From: Octopus vulgaris
Lineage: Eukaryota
Assembly (NCBI GenBank): GCA_951406725.2
Contig: OX597815.1
Span: 83,390,001-83,454,000 of the forward strand
Direction: 5' to 3'
DNA length: 64,000 bases
Shown: one piece after another, positions 28,469-43,230 of the stretch
How the letters are laid out: every line of letters begins with the position of its first letter
How positions within the stretch are numbered: position 1 is the first letter of the stretch
Position numbers and translations under genes: made by a program
Notes under the pieces: generated by a model
What the model was told of the DNA's origin: nothing
Databases searched by the model: none
What the model saw: only the letters and a program-made list of their open reading frames with translations

Positions 28469-29072
28469 TTTTACATGCCTTTCATTTCCTCAAGAAATTT
28501 CAGTTTAAATATCTATTAAGTTTTACTTATATCTGCAACATTGAAAACTTGGATGCGTTTCGGCGAGGCGCCCATCGAAACCACCCTCGCAATCCACAAT
28601 AGATTTCTTGATAAAGCGTACAGTAAAGTTTGTCACGAAATAGTGATAGCTGTACTAATGGTGAAATTTGGTAGTGATAGCGAGACTAGATAGTAAAACT
28701 AATAATAATGACAGCCTCCAACAACTATAAAAATTCTACGAGATCTTTTCTGTACGTCCACATTCTTAGAAACACATGTAGGTGTAATTTAAGATTAGGC
28801 CACCTGAAACATAATAAAACATCAATATCTTAGTCGTGTCTGCTTCATATTGATTTACTGTATTGTTGGTCTTCTTCCTTGTGTTTTTTCTTCTTGTCTT
28901 CCTCCTTTTCATCGTCTTTCGTTTAAGCACCATCTGCCCAAAACCCAACTAACAAACGATCTTTTCCTCAGCTTGAAGAATGGTGAAATAAATAAACGTT
29001 TCGACCAGGAGACCTCGGGTATCGCTATTAAACGAGACTTGTGTTTTTATAGTAAAATTATATAGATATAAG

Positions 29073-29120
<48 letters not shown>

Positions 29121-29347
29121 TGTATGTATATGTATATATGTATGTATTTGATAGCGGTCAGCTGTGCTAATATTATAAAAAATGCAAGAATATATTTAGG
29201 AATAACTGCATCAGTAACGTCAACAGTAGTAATGGTGGTGGGAGTAGTAGTAGTAGTAGTAGCAAATTTGAAGCGATTTCAATTTTTCCCATTCTAATTA
29301 TTCAAAAAGGCATTTCATCAATAGAAGCATATGTATATATATATATG

Positions 29348-29417
<70 letters not shown>

Positions 29418-31394
29418 TGGCCACAGCTCGTGAGCTGAAACTAGATAAAATAAAAAATATATATATACATATACAGACGTGCGCAAGCATATATACATAT
29501 ATTCATGATTGTACATCATACTACCTCTTCATTCATTCGTCTGGGCGAATATATGTGTATATCCACATATCTGTACGTGTGGTGTGTGTGAGAGTGTGTG
29601 TATATGTATATGTGGGTATGTTTGTGCTTATATGTGTAGAATGATCATGTTTGAATTTTTGAAAGGAATTTATGGAAATAAGAAAATGTGGCACGATAGT
29701 GAGTGGAAGAGAAAATGATTAAAAAGAAACCGAAACAGAGAGAGAGATCATATAAGAGAGGGAAAAAGACGCAACAGAAGGGAATGCGCGATCAAGATTG
29801 ATACGAATTCGACGAGTAAAGAGAAGAAAAGTGAGAGAACGAAAAATATTAAAAGAAAGGATAAACCAAGTCAAATACAGACATAATGAGAAAGTGAGAG
29901 AAGCATATTTTCCTAGATTTATCAGTTTAAAATAATTTTTTAAGAATATATTTCATATTTAAAAAATATAGAACTTTCTAGAGCTTGCTGTTTTGTTCTC
30001 TTTAGTATATTGCTATTTTTTGCGGGTTTTTTCCTATTAAAATAGTGAGTGTATTTGTGTTTCTGTATATGCATGTGCAGTGTAATTGTATGTAAATGTG
30101 TATGCTTTAATGAAAAGAATATAACTAGAATATGATAAGAAGAATGCTAATGGCTACGATATTTTAAGATTTTTTTTTAAAGTTTTCAAATGAAAATTAA
30201 GTTTATTATTTGAAAATTTGTTTGTAGTTTTCTTTCCTTGTATTATTTATGTTTTAAAAACTTCATATATCCCAAAATTATCCATCACATGAAAAAATAT
30301 GTATCTTCAAAGTTTGCTTGAATTATTGAAATTTTATGTATTTTATTTACATATTTCTGTGTTTGAAATATATATTTTATTGTGATGTTTGGAAATAAAA
30401 CTAAAATGAATGAGTTTAACGCATATGAAAACACATTTTTTTCATTCAACGATGATACGCTGCTATAGATATCATAAGATGGAGGTTTCAAGGTTCTCCC
30501 TTTCGCTCACTGAATATTTTACCAGCAGAATTTGAAATACACACTTCCAAAGAATCGATATTCATTTCTTCGACTGAAAGAACTCAAGAAAGATACACGT
30601 TGATTTGTTAAACGTTATGTGACCTATTACATCTCCGTGTTATGGTAACCATTTCCAAAACCTTCTTCACTAAGCTCTTCAATGAGATATATTTCCTCTC
30701 GTAAGGCGAGAATATCCGCATTTTCGTTAAAAAATGTAACTCAGGTAAGGATTCTGCGAGCTTGAATACAAATAGCGTTGATCCTTAGACATAACATATT
30801 TGCGATCCTTAAGTTTTAATAAATGGTTGTTCGAATTAAGTGACAAAGTGACTGTATTTAAAGGTAAATTAAATACAAGCTGAAGGTTAACCTTACATGT
30901 TTCTACTGAGAACTAGAAAGAGCGGCACAGATCGAAAGCGGCCGACAGCAGCATTTACTAGCGGTTGCTTTTCCAACAGGTTTCAGAATACATTTTAACA
31001 TCATATGCATTTTATCATCATATTTTTATCATCATTTAATATTGTTATTCGCACTTATTGCAATGTGCGACTGTTAAATTATGGGTTAGTCATCGAAGAA
31101 GATCCAAACATCACAAAAATGAAACTTTTCACAGAAGGAAAGAAGCCATCCAAACTAAATGGGACGAAAATGGATTAGATGGAGTGCATCTGGTATGACC
31201 ATTAGTCAATCTCTTGTTAGGGAGATGTCAGCCTACCCCAAATAAGAATGGGGTTCAGTTTTTCCTTGAAGAACGAGTGATTGAAAGGCCATGAAGAAAT
31301 AATATACGAAATTCTGATCAAGCAAAAGAAAGCACAAGACGAGAGAGAAAATGAATGGTATGGATTACCCATAAAGTTCTCCTGGAAATCCTCT

Positions 31395-31606
31395 ATAATA
31401 TTTTCTAGTCTAGGCACAAGGCCCGAAATTTTGGGGGATGGAGGCTAGTCGATTAGACCGACCCCAGTAGGCAACAGGTACGTAATTTATCTACCCCGAA
31501 AGGAAGGAAGGCAAAGTCGGTGGAATTCGAACTCAGTACGTAAAGACAGACGAAGTATCGCTAAACATTTCGCACGGCATGCTAACGTTTCCACCAGCTC
31601 GCCGCC
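31395..31606 (-). mobile_element. tRNA-derived SINE family 2 (Meta-domain-like)
   Basis: Minus strand ggcggcgagctggtggaaacgttagc...gagttcgaattcc (A/B-box-like), then ccttcctttcggggtagataaattacgtacc and gggccttgtgcctag; several copies in the window. Confidence 0.8.
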
Positions 31607-32499
31607 TTAGAAAATCGTCGTCTTTTACGTAAAATCTCTTCACAAGCAGTGCTCAGGTTTGACAAGTATTATAGGAATGAGGAATTTTGCTATTTTTCAC
31701 GGATCTTCCTTTCGAGATACGAGTGTCGAATAAACCACCAAATTGCTCTACACCAGTACACTGAAGTCAAAGTACATATAGGGGAGTAAATGGGAACCGA
31801 ATACGGATAAAGAGACGTTATTAATAACATTCTTGTGATAACTTCCCTTTCTTTGGCATTATCAAAATGTGAAATTCACCTGTTGTTTGTGTGTTAGCTG
31901 TCTTCACAACTTTTAGGTAAAATATTGAAATGTTAGTCTTTGAGGTAGTCAGGAATTTTAGATACCCACATCAGCATAAATAGCGGCTTCCGACAACTAT
32001 GTGGTTGGGGTACTCTCACCTAAATTAAATTTATTTTCTTTCACTTACGATGTGTTTTCATTAAACACCCTTAATTAATCTGTGTAATTATTTGTTTTAA
32101 TCCTTTTCTAAACTTTTCCCCATATTTATTGAATAAGGTCTTTCACCACTCACCTCTTATAATGTAAAGCATTTTCTCCACCACATGTTTTGTAACTAAT
32201 ATATATATATGGTTGGCAAATTGAGTAAAACAAACATGGTTATTATATTTTTTATTCATTTATTTTTAATCGCTATTTTTGTTCATTTATTTATTTTGTT
32301 TTATTAATATCATTTTCCTTTTCTGCGACCACCACACTATCGAACGCAGTTCCTTACCCATGTGTATGGAACTGCGTCTAACAGTGTAGTGCTTTGTTTT
32401 GAGTTTATCGTGTTTTATTCTTATTGAAAATATTTTGTGTTGAGAAAATCAGTAAATTGTGTTTGGCTACGTATTTATCTACATTCGTTTTCATCATTT

Positions 32500-35060
32500 T
32501 AAAATATGCCTATTATCAAGATTGTTTCTGTTTCCAACTATCATATTCTGGTTCTTTCCCTTTCCAGATATTTATATTTGGCTATTTTTCTTTTTCCAAT
32601 TGAAATACATTATCATCTTTTGTGATTGATATTTAGTTTTAAAAGCACATTATTTCTTGTTGCTCGTTGATAGCCATATTCGAACACTAAAAAAATTTGA
32701 CCCCCATTAGACTGGATTGGCAAGGATATACATGTCAAACAATAATCACCTTGCAATTTTCAGAGATCATTCTCGGCTATATTGTTACCACTCATGTATG
32801 TTGCTTCTTTATAATGCTGGTAACTACCTTCACATTTGTAGATATGCTTTTTCTTGCATATAATTAGTCCGCTACAGACATTGTGATTTATCCTATATTT
32901 AGTTAATATTTACACCTTTTTGTTTGTTTCAATGTAGAATGATTTGGTCCTCAGCCACCGTCTTACATTTAGTTCCTGCCGTTCTCAGCCTGTACTACCC
33001 TTTTCTTCTTTTGTCCATGTATAGGCCATTCCGGCTATTGACTTAGCTTTGGGTCCAGTAGCTTCAGTTTTTACAGCTTCTTAGTTTTCCATGTTAATAT
33101 ATTTACTTTCATTTCGGCTCCTGCTTCTTCTTTATGTGTTTCTTTGTTGAGTGAAAATAGTCATTATTTCATCCCTGTTCGTATTAGATTTGAAATTTAC
33201 AGTGGATATTTTATATTCTTGTTGCATAAAACCTCTACTTTCAGGTAATTGTAGTATACATAATTTCTTTATTTCATGCTTTGGTTTCTGCATTTTAAAT
33301 GCAGTCATTATATTCTTCCTGTCATGTCTAGACTTGCTAGTTAATTTCAACCACCACTTGAGAAAAGTGTAACTATAGCGTATTTCTAGAACAACTAGAA
33401 TATTAATCCATATTACTTTACTTTTGTAATTATTTCTGTTTTAAGTATTGATTTAATGCAGCTATATTCCCGTCACATCTGAGTATGCTGTACTTTCCAT
33501 ACATAATCGATTATTAAAAATGCATAAATGTCTGCGAGTGTTGCAAATATATATTTTTTAATCCCTGTTTCTTTCACTAGCTTGATATTAATGCAATTAA
33601 TAAATTTTTTTCACGTCGTTTGCCTTTGCCTGTTTTTCTAATACAAATCTCATGTTAATAACATTACTAAACGCATGTACTGAGTGGAAGAACGATCTGG
33701 GATGTTTACTGTCTGCAGTAATGTTTGAAGTTTCTTATTATCTAGAATGTAACTCAAGGTTGTTTATAAACATAAGCTGTCTGAATTTCTGTATATATTA
33801 TTTGTATCCTTGCTCGGTACCTTTTTTTAACATGTCATTTAAATATTAGCACCTGGCAGAATAAGATGTGAGTCCTATCTTCAAATGCAGGGTTCTTTCT
33901 TATTCAGCAGTATCTATAGAGATGTTTACTATTATTCCTTGATATATTTTGTGTGTTCACTTATTTTTGATGGTATCTTACCATGATACAGGAGAAACTA
34001 ATCCCTATCAAAGCTGTTGCTTGTTGTTTTGGTCACCGTCATTTGTGATGATATTTTCGCTGGCTATTTCCTCTCTATAATTCTTGCTTGTCGCTCATTT
34101 TTGGTTCGGGTTTCTGTTTCGGTTGATTTCCATTATTTATTTATCTAGTTCGTGATAAAATCATTCGAGCTTAGCTGTCGCTTTTGATACCAACTCATGC
34201 ATTGTAAATTAGTAATGGTATTTCATTTCATGAACACTTGGTGTACGGATAACTTATTTTATTTTACTTTTCTTCGCATTTTATCGCTTATTTAGTTGTG
34301 CCATTTCGTTATTGATTTCAATCAGGTTTCTCAGATATGTTTATAGTATATTTCAGTATGTTGGTTTTTAAGGACATATTCATTCTTAAGTAATCTGGAC
34401 GGATTTCCTGCTTACTTTTCGTATTGTTCCTGCATAGAATATTTCGTCTAAACCACTGATACTGATGTTTACGTATGTTTTCATTATGTCTAGGATTTTT
34501 TTTATTTCAACCGGTATATATTTGATAATATATGTTTGATCTAACCAAAAATTGCAATAGCGTACCTACATCGCCAAACATTCACTTAATTTCTTTGATG
34601 TTTCTCCCCTCTGATGTAACGATGGTTGCCAAATATTTGCAGCTAATATCTTATCCCAATATTGTTAATTCATATATTGCAAATTGGTGATATCTTCTTC
34701 GAGATTGTCATTGTTCCTTTTATTATTTTGATTATTTGATTTACTTTTGCTTTGATTTGTTAAGACCTAGATATAAAAATTTCATCTTCATCATTAATAT
34801 CAGCAACTAATGTTTGAAGATCTCTGTCGTTTGTATGAATTAACTGTGCCGTCTGCCTAATGCATATTGGCAATAATTTACATTCCTGTCTGTATATCCA
34901 ATCTATGATAAAAATAGGTCTGATAATAATATACACCCTTGCCGTATTCTTCTTCTGATCTTCTCATACTGTCCACTTTCATTTCTAGTTCTAATACCGA
35001 TTGTATGTTGCCCCTATATTTTCTCGCTTATTCGAAAGACTTCATCTAAATTATATCTAT
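32500..35060 (-). mobile_element. Highly decayed RTE-like LINE fragments
   Basis: Minus strand RRIRQGCILLSDLF near 34915-34960 and an ADG(D)T-like motif near 34845; many stops; limits uncertain. Confidence 0.5.
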
Positions 35061-38000
35061 TCTAACCTCAAATTAAAAATTTTTCTCTACTTTGTAAATT
35101 GTAAGTTTATACTGCATATTATTCGTTACTCTCCCTCCATTTTTCAGTCGCATTTTCTCTCTCTCACTCTCTCTTTCTCTCTCTTTCTCTCTCTCTCCAT
35201 ATCTATCTATCTAGCTATCGCTTTCTGGACATATATGTGTATGTGTGTGTGTGTACATATATGTATGCTTGTAATATATATATTACATGGATATATGTAT
35301 GCTTGTAATAAGTATGTATAGATGCGTGTGTGCATGTGTTTGGGGGTGCGCACGCAGGTGCATGTGTGTGTGGATATGTGTGCGTGTGTAATATAATCAA
35401 TTATTTTAGTAATTTGAAAATATTTAAAAATTACAGGTACTTTTACAAAGTTAGCCTTCGCTTAGCTATGTTTTCGGAAGTGCTGTCATTCCAAGATGAA
35501 TTTTTAGACCGAGTAGTGTTGTTTGAAATATACGCATGTATGTTGCACGACTGTTTGAAATACATTATGTATTCCCTATCCAATTGTTTAATATGTGACT
35601 GAACATTAGTGATGTGTGGGGTGAAAAATAAAACTGGATTATTCATTTACTACTTCATATATTTTTCTTGAAAGGAGAAATTGAAATTGGCTCTCGGCAA
35701 TAAATGATGGGCATTTTGTAGAGTCCGCTGCTATTGTCATAAACAGGGCAGCGAACGTTGAGGGCACATAATTTAACCTTCAGCTAAGGCTCTAAAGAGG
35801 GTTTTTTTCTATTACCTGAAAAGCAGGATACAATTGAAATAGAAGTGTTACCAACCAGTGCTCCTGTAATTTTTTATAGCTGAATGCTGATCCTCGTGCG
35901 ATTGAATACGCCCCGTCGCTTCAAAATTATTGTATGGTTTTCTGAAACTTTCAGAGACTTAGTGGATTACGCTATGGGTAATCCAGGCATAATCACCGTT
36001 TCCTGATATACATCATATTTTTGTGGGGTTTTTTCTGTCGCATATTTTTTCAATTGAAGTAAATATTGCTTAAATTTTCTTTTTTCCTTTTCTCTTAATT
36101 CTAAGTCCTTTTCTCTTAATTCATGCCTTGGTAGTAAAGTCTATGATTTTAACGGGAAGCCAGTTTTATGCATAGTGAATTTCCAGCTGTTACTGATACT
36201 TACATTCAACTGAAAGTTATGGGAGCAACTCCGTGTGATTGAAAACCGTGAATCCAACACTGTAACCATTAGACAATGCACCTTTTTTTTTTCTAAATGA
36301 TTTTATTTTATTACAAAGAATGAAAGAAGGGACTGCCTAGATAACCACGTAATTGTTTTGATTTCAATAAAGTTTTAAAAAGGACGACTGCGACTGTAAT
36401 TTCTTTCGTAAGCCTTTTCCTCGTCACACACGCTCGCGCGCGCGTACATTGTGTTAGTGTGAAGATCATAATAAATACATATTGGCATACCAATATTCTT
36501 TGTTCATTCTTATATCAAATGTAACAAGGTAGGGCTTGGCAAACATTCACATATAATTCTAATGTTTAATGAAAAGAACAGTAAAATCGATCTTGTAAAT
36601 ACATCATAGCATTTTAATACGTTACAAGCTTGCTACATCGCCAGAAACACATTATGCATTTACATTAATTTGAGATTATTGCAATTATATCTGCCATATC
36701 ATACAGAAAAGATCTTATTTTAATTGGCAAATGAATAGAAATCCTTCACCACTCCAAATTTGTATGGCATTATAATCATTCGCTATTACAAGTTGAAACA
36801 TTATCCCACCATTGCCATATATCCACCGAAGTTTTAAACGGTTCATTGTAAATAAAGAAAAAAAACATTTGTGTGTTTTTGTCTATATACTCATCTTATT
36901 GAAATTTAAAGATATCTTATTCTTTAAGATAGGTGCATATATTCATAGAGGTCCTGGAGCGAGGTAATGAAATATTCTTGGAAACTGGTATTATGCATGT
37001 CTTTCTTATTAGGAAGGAAAGTTTTCATAGGTATATTTTAAAAAGCTAATTTTCATAGTTATTTATTTAAACGCAACCCACTTATAACCAGACCTATAAT
37101 TATATATATATATATATATATATATACAAAAGCTCACACATAAATGGGTTACAATAAAAATAATACAAATAACCAGCTAGAAGTCGCTAAAACGACGCAA
37201 AATGAAAGGGTGATACATAAAATAAACTCTCACATTTTAGCCAGTAGTTAAAGACGATATGAAGATTTTTGCACCAACCATAATGCATGTGTAATTTATT
37301 TTAACACCAGTATTACTTATTAAAATATGTTTGCATGGTTCTGTTTCTGACTATAGGCAAGGGCTTATTTGTATCTAAGCTAGATAATGCTCGTATTTGT
37401 GGGAGCAATTTATTACGGGTGTATGAATGAAAAATAAAGGTAATAAAATGATAAATTGTAACACATATTTACCGTGCTTGACTGAATAACAGAACCTGCC
37501 AATATGGTGGATATGAATGTTTCCATAACAATTTGTAGTTTTTTTCTTAATCGTTCAACTACATTTTCTAAATACTCCTTCGCCAATTTATTTATCAGTT
37601 TTTGTATTATTACTTTTATCCAACTCATTCTCTTCTTTTTTTTATTTATTTACTTATCTTTACTTTCGTTTTTCTTCAGTCATTCTTTTCTTTCTCCTTC
37701 ATTCTGCTTCCCTTCCACCTTCTATCCAGTATTTTGTTCCATTCTTCTCTATATCTTCATTCAGCATTGTTATCGTTCGTAGTATCAAGCAATATTTTTT
37801 ACTCGATCTTTCTTCTATACTTTCTTTTTTTATGTATTTCGTAGCATATTTAAAAAAAACCTATTTTGTTCATTAATCTCATTCCTTTTTTTCTCTTTTA
37901 TCCATTCTTCAGCCAATATTTTTTTTGTCTATTCACTACTTTTTTCTTATCCCAATAAATATCTACCGCTATCTTACGCTGTTTAATTTTTACTTTGTTT

Positions 38001-38664
38001 CATTTAAAATTTTTTTCAATAATTAATACTTATTTGTTCGCCTGCTTAATACATCGATGAATTTGTCTTATATATTTTTTGTCGTTATTTTCATTTATTG
38101 TTATCATCTCTTGTTTGAATTCATCTCCCTCCTTGCTTCACTGTATTCGTCATTCTCATGATCCTTCATCTCATTATCTTCACCTTATTTTCTTCTTTCA
38201 GTTACATTTACATGCTGTTCCTCAACAATTTATACATTTCATTTCAATTCTAGTTATAACGGTCCCTTGTCAGTAATTCAGAATTTTCTTTTCTGATATC
38301 ATTGGAAGTCTACAACTATGGCTACACCAAGTTTACCACAATCACAAACATGATTAGGATGACGTGTTCTGATTTTATATTAGTTATATAATACTACGAA
38401 TAGAGCTGCTGCTCCTACTACTACTACTACATCTAGTAGTAGTAGGAGGAGGGGGAGGAGAAGAAGGAGGAGGAAAAGGAGGAGGAGGAGGAGGAGGAGG
38501 AGGAGGAGGAAGAGGGGGGTATTTAAGAGAGGGGCAGCATGGAGGACAAAGAGGAGGAGGGGAGGAGAAAGATGAAGAATAACATTATGAAACTTAAAAC
38601 AACTGCAACAAGACCCTAAGGCGTTAGTGATGGTAATAAAAATTATAATCATAAACAACAACAA

Positions 38665-38868
38665 TAATCCATTCTACTATAGGCACAAGGCCTGAAATTT
38701 TAGGGGAGGGGTTAAATCGGTTACATTTTACTGGTACTTAATATATCGACCCCGAAAGGATTAAAGGTAAATTCGACTCCGGCGGAATTTGAACTCAGAA
38801 CTTAGCGATGCGCGAAATACTGCTAAGCATGTCGCCGGGCGTGCGAACGATTCTGCCAGCTCGCCGCC
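38665..38868 (-). mobile_element. SINE family 2 copy
   Basis: Aligns with 31395-31606; adjacent to (AAT)n. Confidence 0.8.
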
Positions 38869-38911
<43 letters not shown>

Positions 38912-38934
38912 TGATGATATTTTAGTAATATTAT

Positions 38935-39250
38935 TGTTTTGGTGTGGCTCAGATTCGGTCTTATTCCTGATAGTATTTATGTGGATCGCAGGTTACTACA
39001 TGTAAACTTAAGTATCCAAAGATTTTCAGCAATCTCTGAAGGGCTCAGAACCCTCCTGATAATTCTTGCTCTCCCGAAGAGACAAACTTTCTGTAGGAGC
39101 TCTACTGGGCATTGTATTTCAATCTCCTTCACCCATTTGTATATAATTTTGCCTACGGTTCTCAACGCACCTATTATTATAGGCACGACGTTAACTGTTC
39201 ACATGTTCCAAATTCTTCCTATTTCAAATTTTAAGGGATTGCATTTTTTC
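38935..39250 (-). mobile_element. 3' tip of an R4/Dong-like element
   Basis: PIIIGALRTV...LLQKVCLFGRARIIRRVL. Confidence 0.75.
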
Positions 39251-39479
39251 TTTTTTCTTTACGATCCGGTATGAAACGGACATGCTTGGTCGATAAGTAA
39301 GATTTTATTATTATTATTATTATTATTATTATCATCATCATAATCATCATCATCAACATCATCATCATCATTCTCATCATCATCATCGTTTCATGCACGC
39401 ACATTAGATTAAACTGTTGCAAAAAGAAAATCCTACAATCGAGCTACAAGTATCCTTAGATGCCACAAACCTTTCTAAG

Positions 39480-42400
39480 TATTCTAGTTGTCCATAATAA
39501 CAGTTTGCTGAAGCTCTGTTAAACGACAATTTTATGCCTATTTCCTCAATCCATCTGTTCAAAGTTTATGGAGATTTTCTAACGTACCTGAATACTGGGA
39601 TACATTTTACCCGCACTTTCTATTGTCTCCGTCATTCAATGGCTAGTTTCTAGTACTTTGCTATTTTTTCTATACCTCTCTTATTGACTTTGCCATAATT
39701 TAGAACTCTAAAGTCAGTTATCTGGCACATTCTATCCTCTTTGTCTATTACTAGTAAATCAGGCCTTCTAAATTCAATTACTCTGTCAGTCTGAATTTTA
39801 AAGTTCCACATCTTATATTTCTTACATTCTAGTACTTAACTTTGTTTACCTTCATTCTATTTATCAGTATGGTTAAATCCTAGGTTTCTATATAACTTCT
39901 AGTGGATCACTCTCTCTAAGTTGTTCTTTCTGCACGAGCATGCTAAATTCAGTTACTATATGAGTAGTACTTTCCTCTTTTGATTTACATAACTTCCAGT
40001 GGGAAACCGCCTGGTTTTTGTCTATCTTGTCTTTTATCCAATTAGTCCTCACTACTTGAGCTTATGCTGCAACTAACAGCCCCACTCCTTTTCTGCAACC
40101 ATAATCATTTCTCACTAATCAGATAATCCTTCTTTTTTTATCCGATTTTACCATATGTCCAACTGTAACTCTAGCAGCTTTTAACAAACTTTCTTTACTA
40201 TTAACTACACAGGAGCTATATTTACTCTAGTTAACTCTACGCAGTCGTCTACTGATATTAACCCTCTTCCTCCTTCCTTTCTAGGTAAGTATAATGTTGT
40301 TACTCCTGCTCTTCGGTTAACATTTACATTGAATTGCTTGCTAGTTCTTCTATCTAGATTGCTAATTCAGATTTTGCCCAATCTATAAAAGTTACCGAAC
40401 ACCTAAGTAATGATACTGCCGAAGTATTTATAGCCTTTACTAGATTCGGACGATTTAGCTTGACGTCATTAGCTTCCTCACCCTTCTGATGTACTCCTTC
40501 TCAATTTTCGTTTTCATTCCTATAGTTACTACTTTGTCAGATTTTAATACTTGTCTCAGTTATTTTAATGTCTGGCTATCTGGTAATTGGATGCCTTCAA
40601 AGCTGATTACCAGTCCCATTTTTATGATTAATATTGATCACTTATCTGCTAAATTCCATGTCTATATCTTTACCGAAAACTTTGTATTAAGAAATCTCTC
40701 TCTTTTTCATTATTACTAAGAAGCTTCCAATGGTAGTTGTAGAGTAAATCGTGAATTTTACTATTTCTTAACTGATTTCTTGCCTTTGCCTTCCTTGATG
40801 ATAAAGTGAGGAATATTAAGCATAACATAAATATTAAAAGTGGCAAGTGTCCTTGCAAAATTCCTCTCTTTATAATGACTTCCCCTAAGGCTGTGTCACC
40901 TGAGTAGAGATCTATTTTCAATTTCTTCATGCTTAAGCTATTAATTCTATTATATTGTTTGCAGTACTGAATATACTCCAGCATTCATTTATCCATTAGA
41001 GTGGAATCATGTCATAGGCTTTCTTTTAATCTATCTATACTATTGTAAACATTTTTCCTTCTAGATTTGACTTCATTTAGAACTCCTTTGTCTATGTAAA
41101 TCATACGCTCCTTTAGCCTTCTTCCTGCATTCTTTCTTTTCTTCTTATAGCAAATTCTGGCTGTCAAGATGCCCCTAAATGCGTTCTGATAGAATTCCTA
41201 TTAACAACTTCCACACTGACAGTAAGCAAGTGGTTGGCTTATTATTACTAGCTGTATTACCCTTGCTTTTGATTTCCATAGGCAGTCTTGTTCTCCTTCT
41301 AGTCATCCAATCCGGTATTACTCTTCCGTTCAGGCAATCTTGAAATTGTCCCCTCAATTTCCCATGTAAGCTGCTGAATTTCATTAACCAGTACCCTGGA
41401 ACTAAATTTGGTTTTCAGCCCTTCCTGTTCGACACTTTTACTGAAACTTTACTTATCAATGCATAATTAGTTTTAAATCTGACTGCTTCTCAATCACTAC
41501 GTCCCTCACTTTCTTTAACCATACTGCATTTTCATTATGATTGACCGGCTTATCCCAAATATTACCCCATAATTTTCTAGCTTCTTCTGCCTTAGGTATC
41601 TCATCTTCAGGACTTTCTTCTTCACTATTCATTTAGCCATAAAATCTCCTCTAGTCAGTCTCAAGTAATCTGTTCTGTTGATATTGCTCTATTCTTTTCT
41701 GATATCTGGAAAACTAACCTGCTACTGCTATGATACGCAGTTTCAAATCTTCCATGACTATCTCAACTGCTTTCTGTCTGACTAAGTATCTTTCTCGAGT
41801 GATGTAAATCAAATCTTGTGTTTCCAAACTTCTTTAGTTTCCATGTTTTTATTCTACTTTCATCTTGTCTTAAAATCTTCACTTTATTTTGTAATCTCCT
41901 TATCCACACTTGTTTTTTCTTCCAATCTTTCATTGAGAAATCCCTAATCTAGCAACTACTACCTCTTCTGCATTGATCAATATGTTAGTTCCACGTATAT
42001 TTTCAGTATCTATTCTGATAACAGAATCTATTTTCCTAATAATATCTATCAGCTCCTTTCTTGATGGAAATTTTTTTTTCTTCTTTCTTTACCCATTGCT
42101 TCCTGCAACTCATCTAAAATCTTCTGATTCTGCTCTTCCTAACTTATGTCGCCTACGTTGCTGGTGCCAGTTGTCTCTTCCTGATCGTAGTGCTATTATT
42201 ATTTATTCTGTAAGATTCTTGTATTGCTTGAACTGTATCTCTTATGCTGTTGTTTAGCTTTTCTATCGTCACATCTTTCTTTTCCAGTTCTCTTGTGATC
42301 ATGTCCACCTCCAATTCCGTCATCCACTTTTCTTCTAATAGCATTGACTTGGTGTACTGGACTTTGCTCAATCACTTTAAACATACCCTTCTCTACCCAA

Positions 42401-42680
42401 AGTGTTAACATCCGTTTTCTATAACTCATTCATTTTAGGTCCACTTTCTAAGAAGCACCGGCGCACTTCCTCCTCCTTACGCTATTATCTGCTCATCATG
42501 TCTTAGGATAACAGCTGTGATCAATCTGCATCTGTACTGAACCACTGCCGAGCGAGAAGCCGTCTCTTAAAGGTCCAGCTTCATTTTCGCTGTCACCGCC
42601 AGATTTTCTGGGCAAACTCGCGTCTCTCATTGAATGAGATAAGGTAATGTTCGTCACGATCGTCTTCACTATTATCATTT
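39480..42680 (-). mobile_element. Old, near full-length R4/Dong-like element
   Basis: Collinear fragments YRKRMLTLW, IPDWMT..SNNKPTTCL..WKLLIGIL, IKRGILQG and RRPDLLVID; many stops. Confidence 0.8.
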
Positions 42681-42767
42681 GACATCTGAGAGTACCAAAT
42701 AACTTTTTATTGCATCATTTGCTGCACTTTCGTGCTGGTGAGGCCTATGCAACAATTCTTTTATGAA

Positions 42768-42945
42768 GGTGGCGAGCTGGCAGAAGTGGTAGTACGCCTG
42801 ACCTAATACTTAGTGACATTTCCGCCGAGATCGATAGTTCATCATTTCAAGGTCGGTAAAATAAGTAATCTTTGAGCACAGGTGTCGATGATACGATTAG
42901 CACTCTGCCTGTAAAATTCAGGCCTTGTGCCTATAGCAGAAATAA
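42768..42945 (+). mobile_element. SINE family 2 copy, internally deleted
   Basis: ggtggcgagctggcagaagtggtagtacgcc...ggccttgtgcctatagcagaa followed by (AAT)n. Confidence 0.7.
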
Positions 42946-43029
42946 TTATAATAATAATAATAATACTGATAATAATAATAATAATAATTATTATTATTAT
43001 TAATATTATTATTATTATTATTAATTTAA

Positions 43030-43230
43030 GGCAATGAACATGTAGAATCGTTAGCACGCAGGACAAAATGATTACATTCGGCTTTACAGTCTGAGTTCAA
43101 ATACCACCGAAGTCAAATTTGTCTTTCATACTTCTGAGATCGTTAAAATAATAAGTACTAGTCGAGCACTGGAGTGTGGAATCGACTTGCTCTCTCCCAC
43201 GAAATATCTGACCTTAACCTACTGTAAAAA
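43030..43230 (+). mobile_element. Diverged SINE family 2 copy
   Basis: gtagaatcgttagcacgcaggacaaaatg...ctgagttcaaatacc...ataagtactag. Further decayed copies at ~53920-54060 (-), ~54080-54220 (+) and ~60815-60935 (-). Confidence 0.6.

Noticed and set aside
28985-29030. Minus-strand ctggtc-GAAACGUU, hammerhead-like 3' half
   Set aside because: No recognisable CUGANGA upstream; at best a decayed remnant.
30630-30745. Protein-like minus-strand frame (FFNENADILALREEIY...) and a plus-strand cag|gtaagg donor
   Set aside because: No consistent acceptor and frame on either strand.
31395-31606. tRNA-like A/B boxes as a tRNA gene
   Set aside because: It is the head of a multi-copy SINE with no complete cloverleaf.
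35437-35784. Short exon-like frames (+ YFYKVSLRLAMF...; - LKVKLCALNVRCPVY...)
   Set aside because: Weak splice context, opposite strands and no recognised homology.
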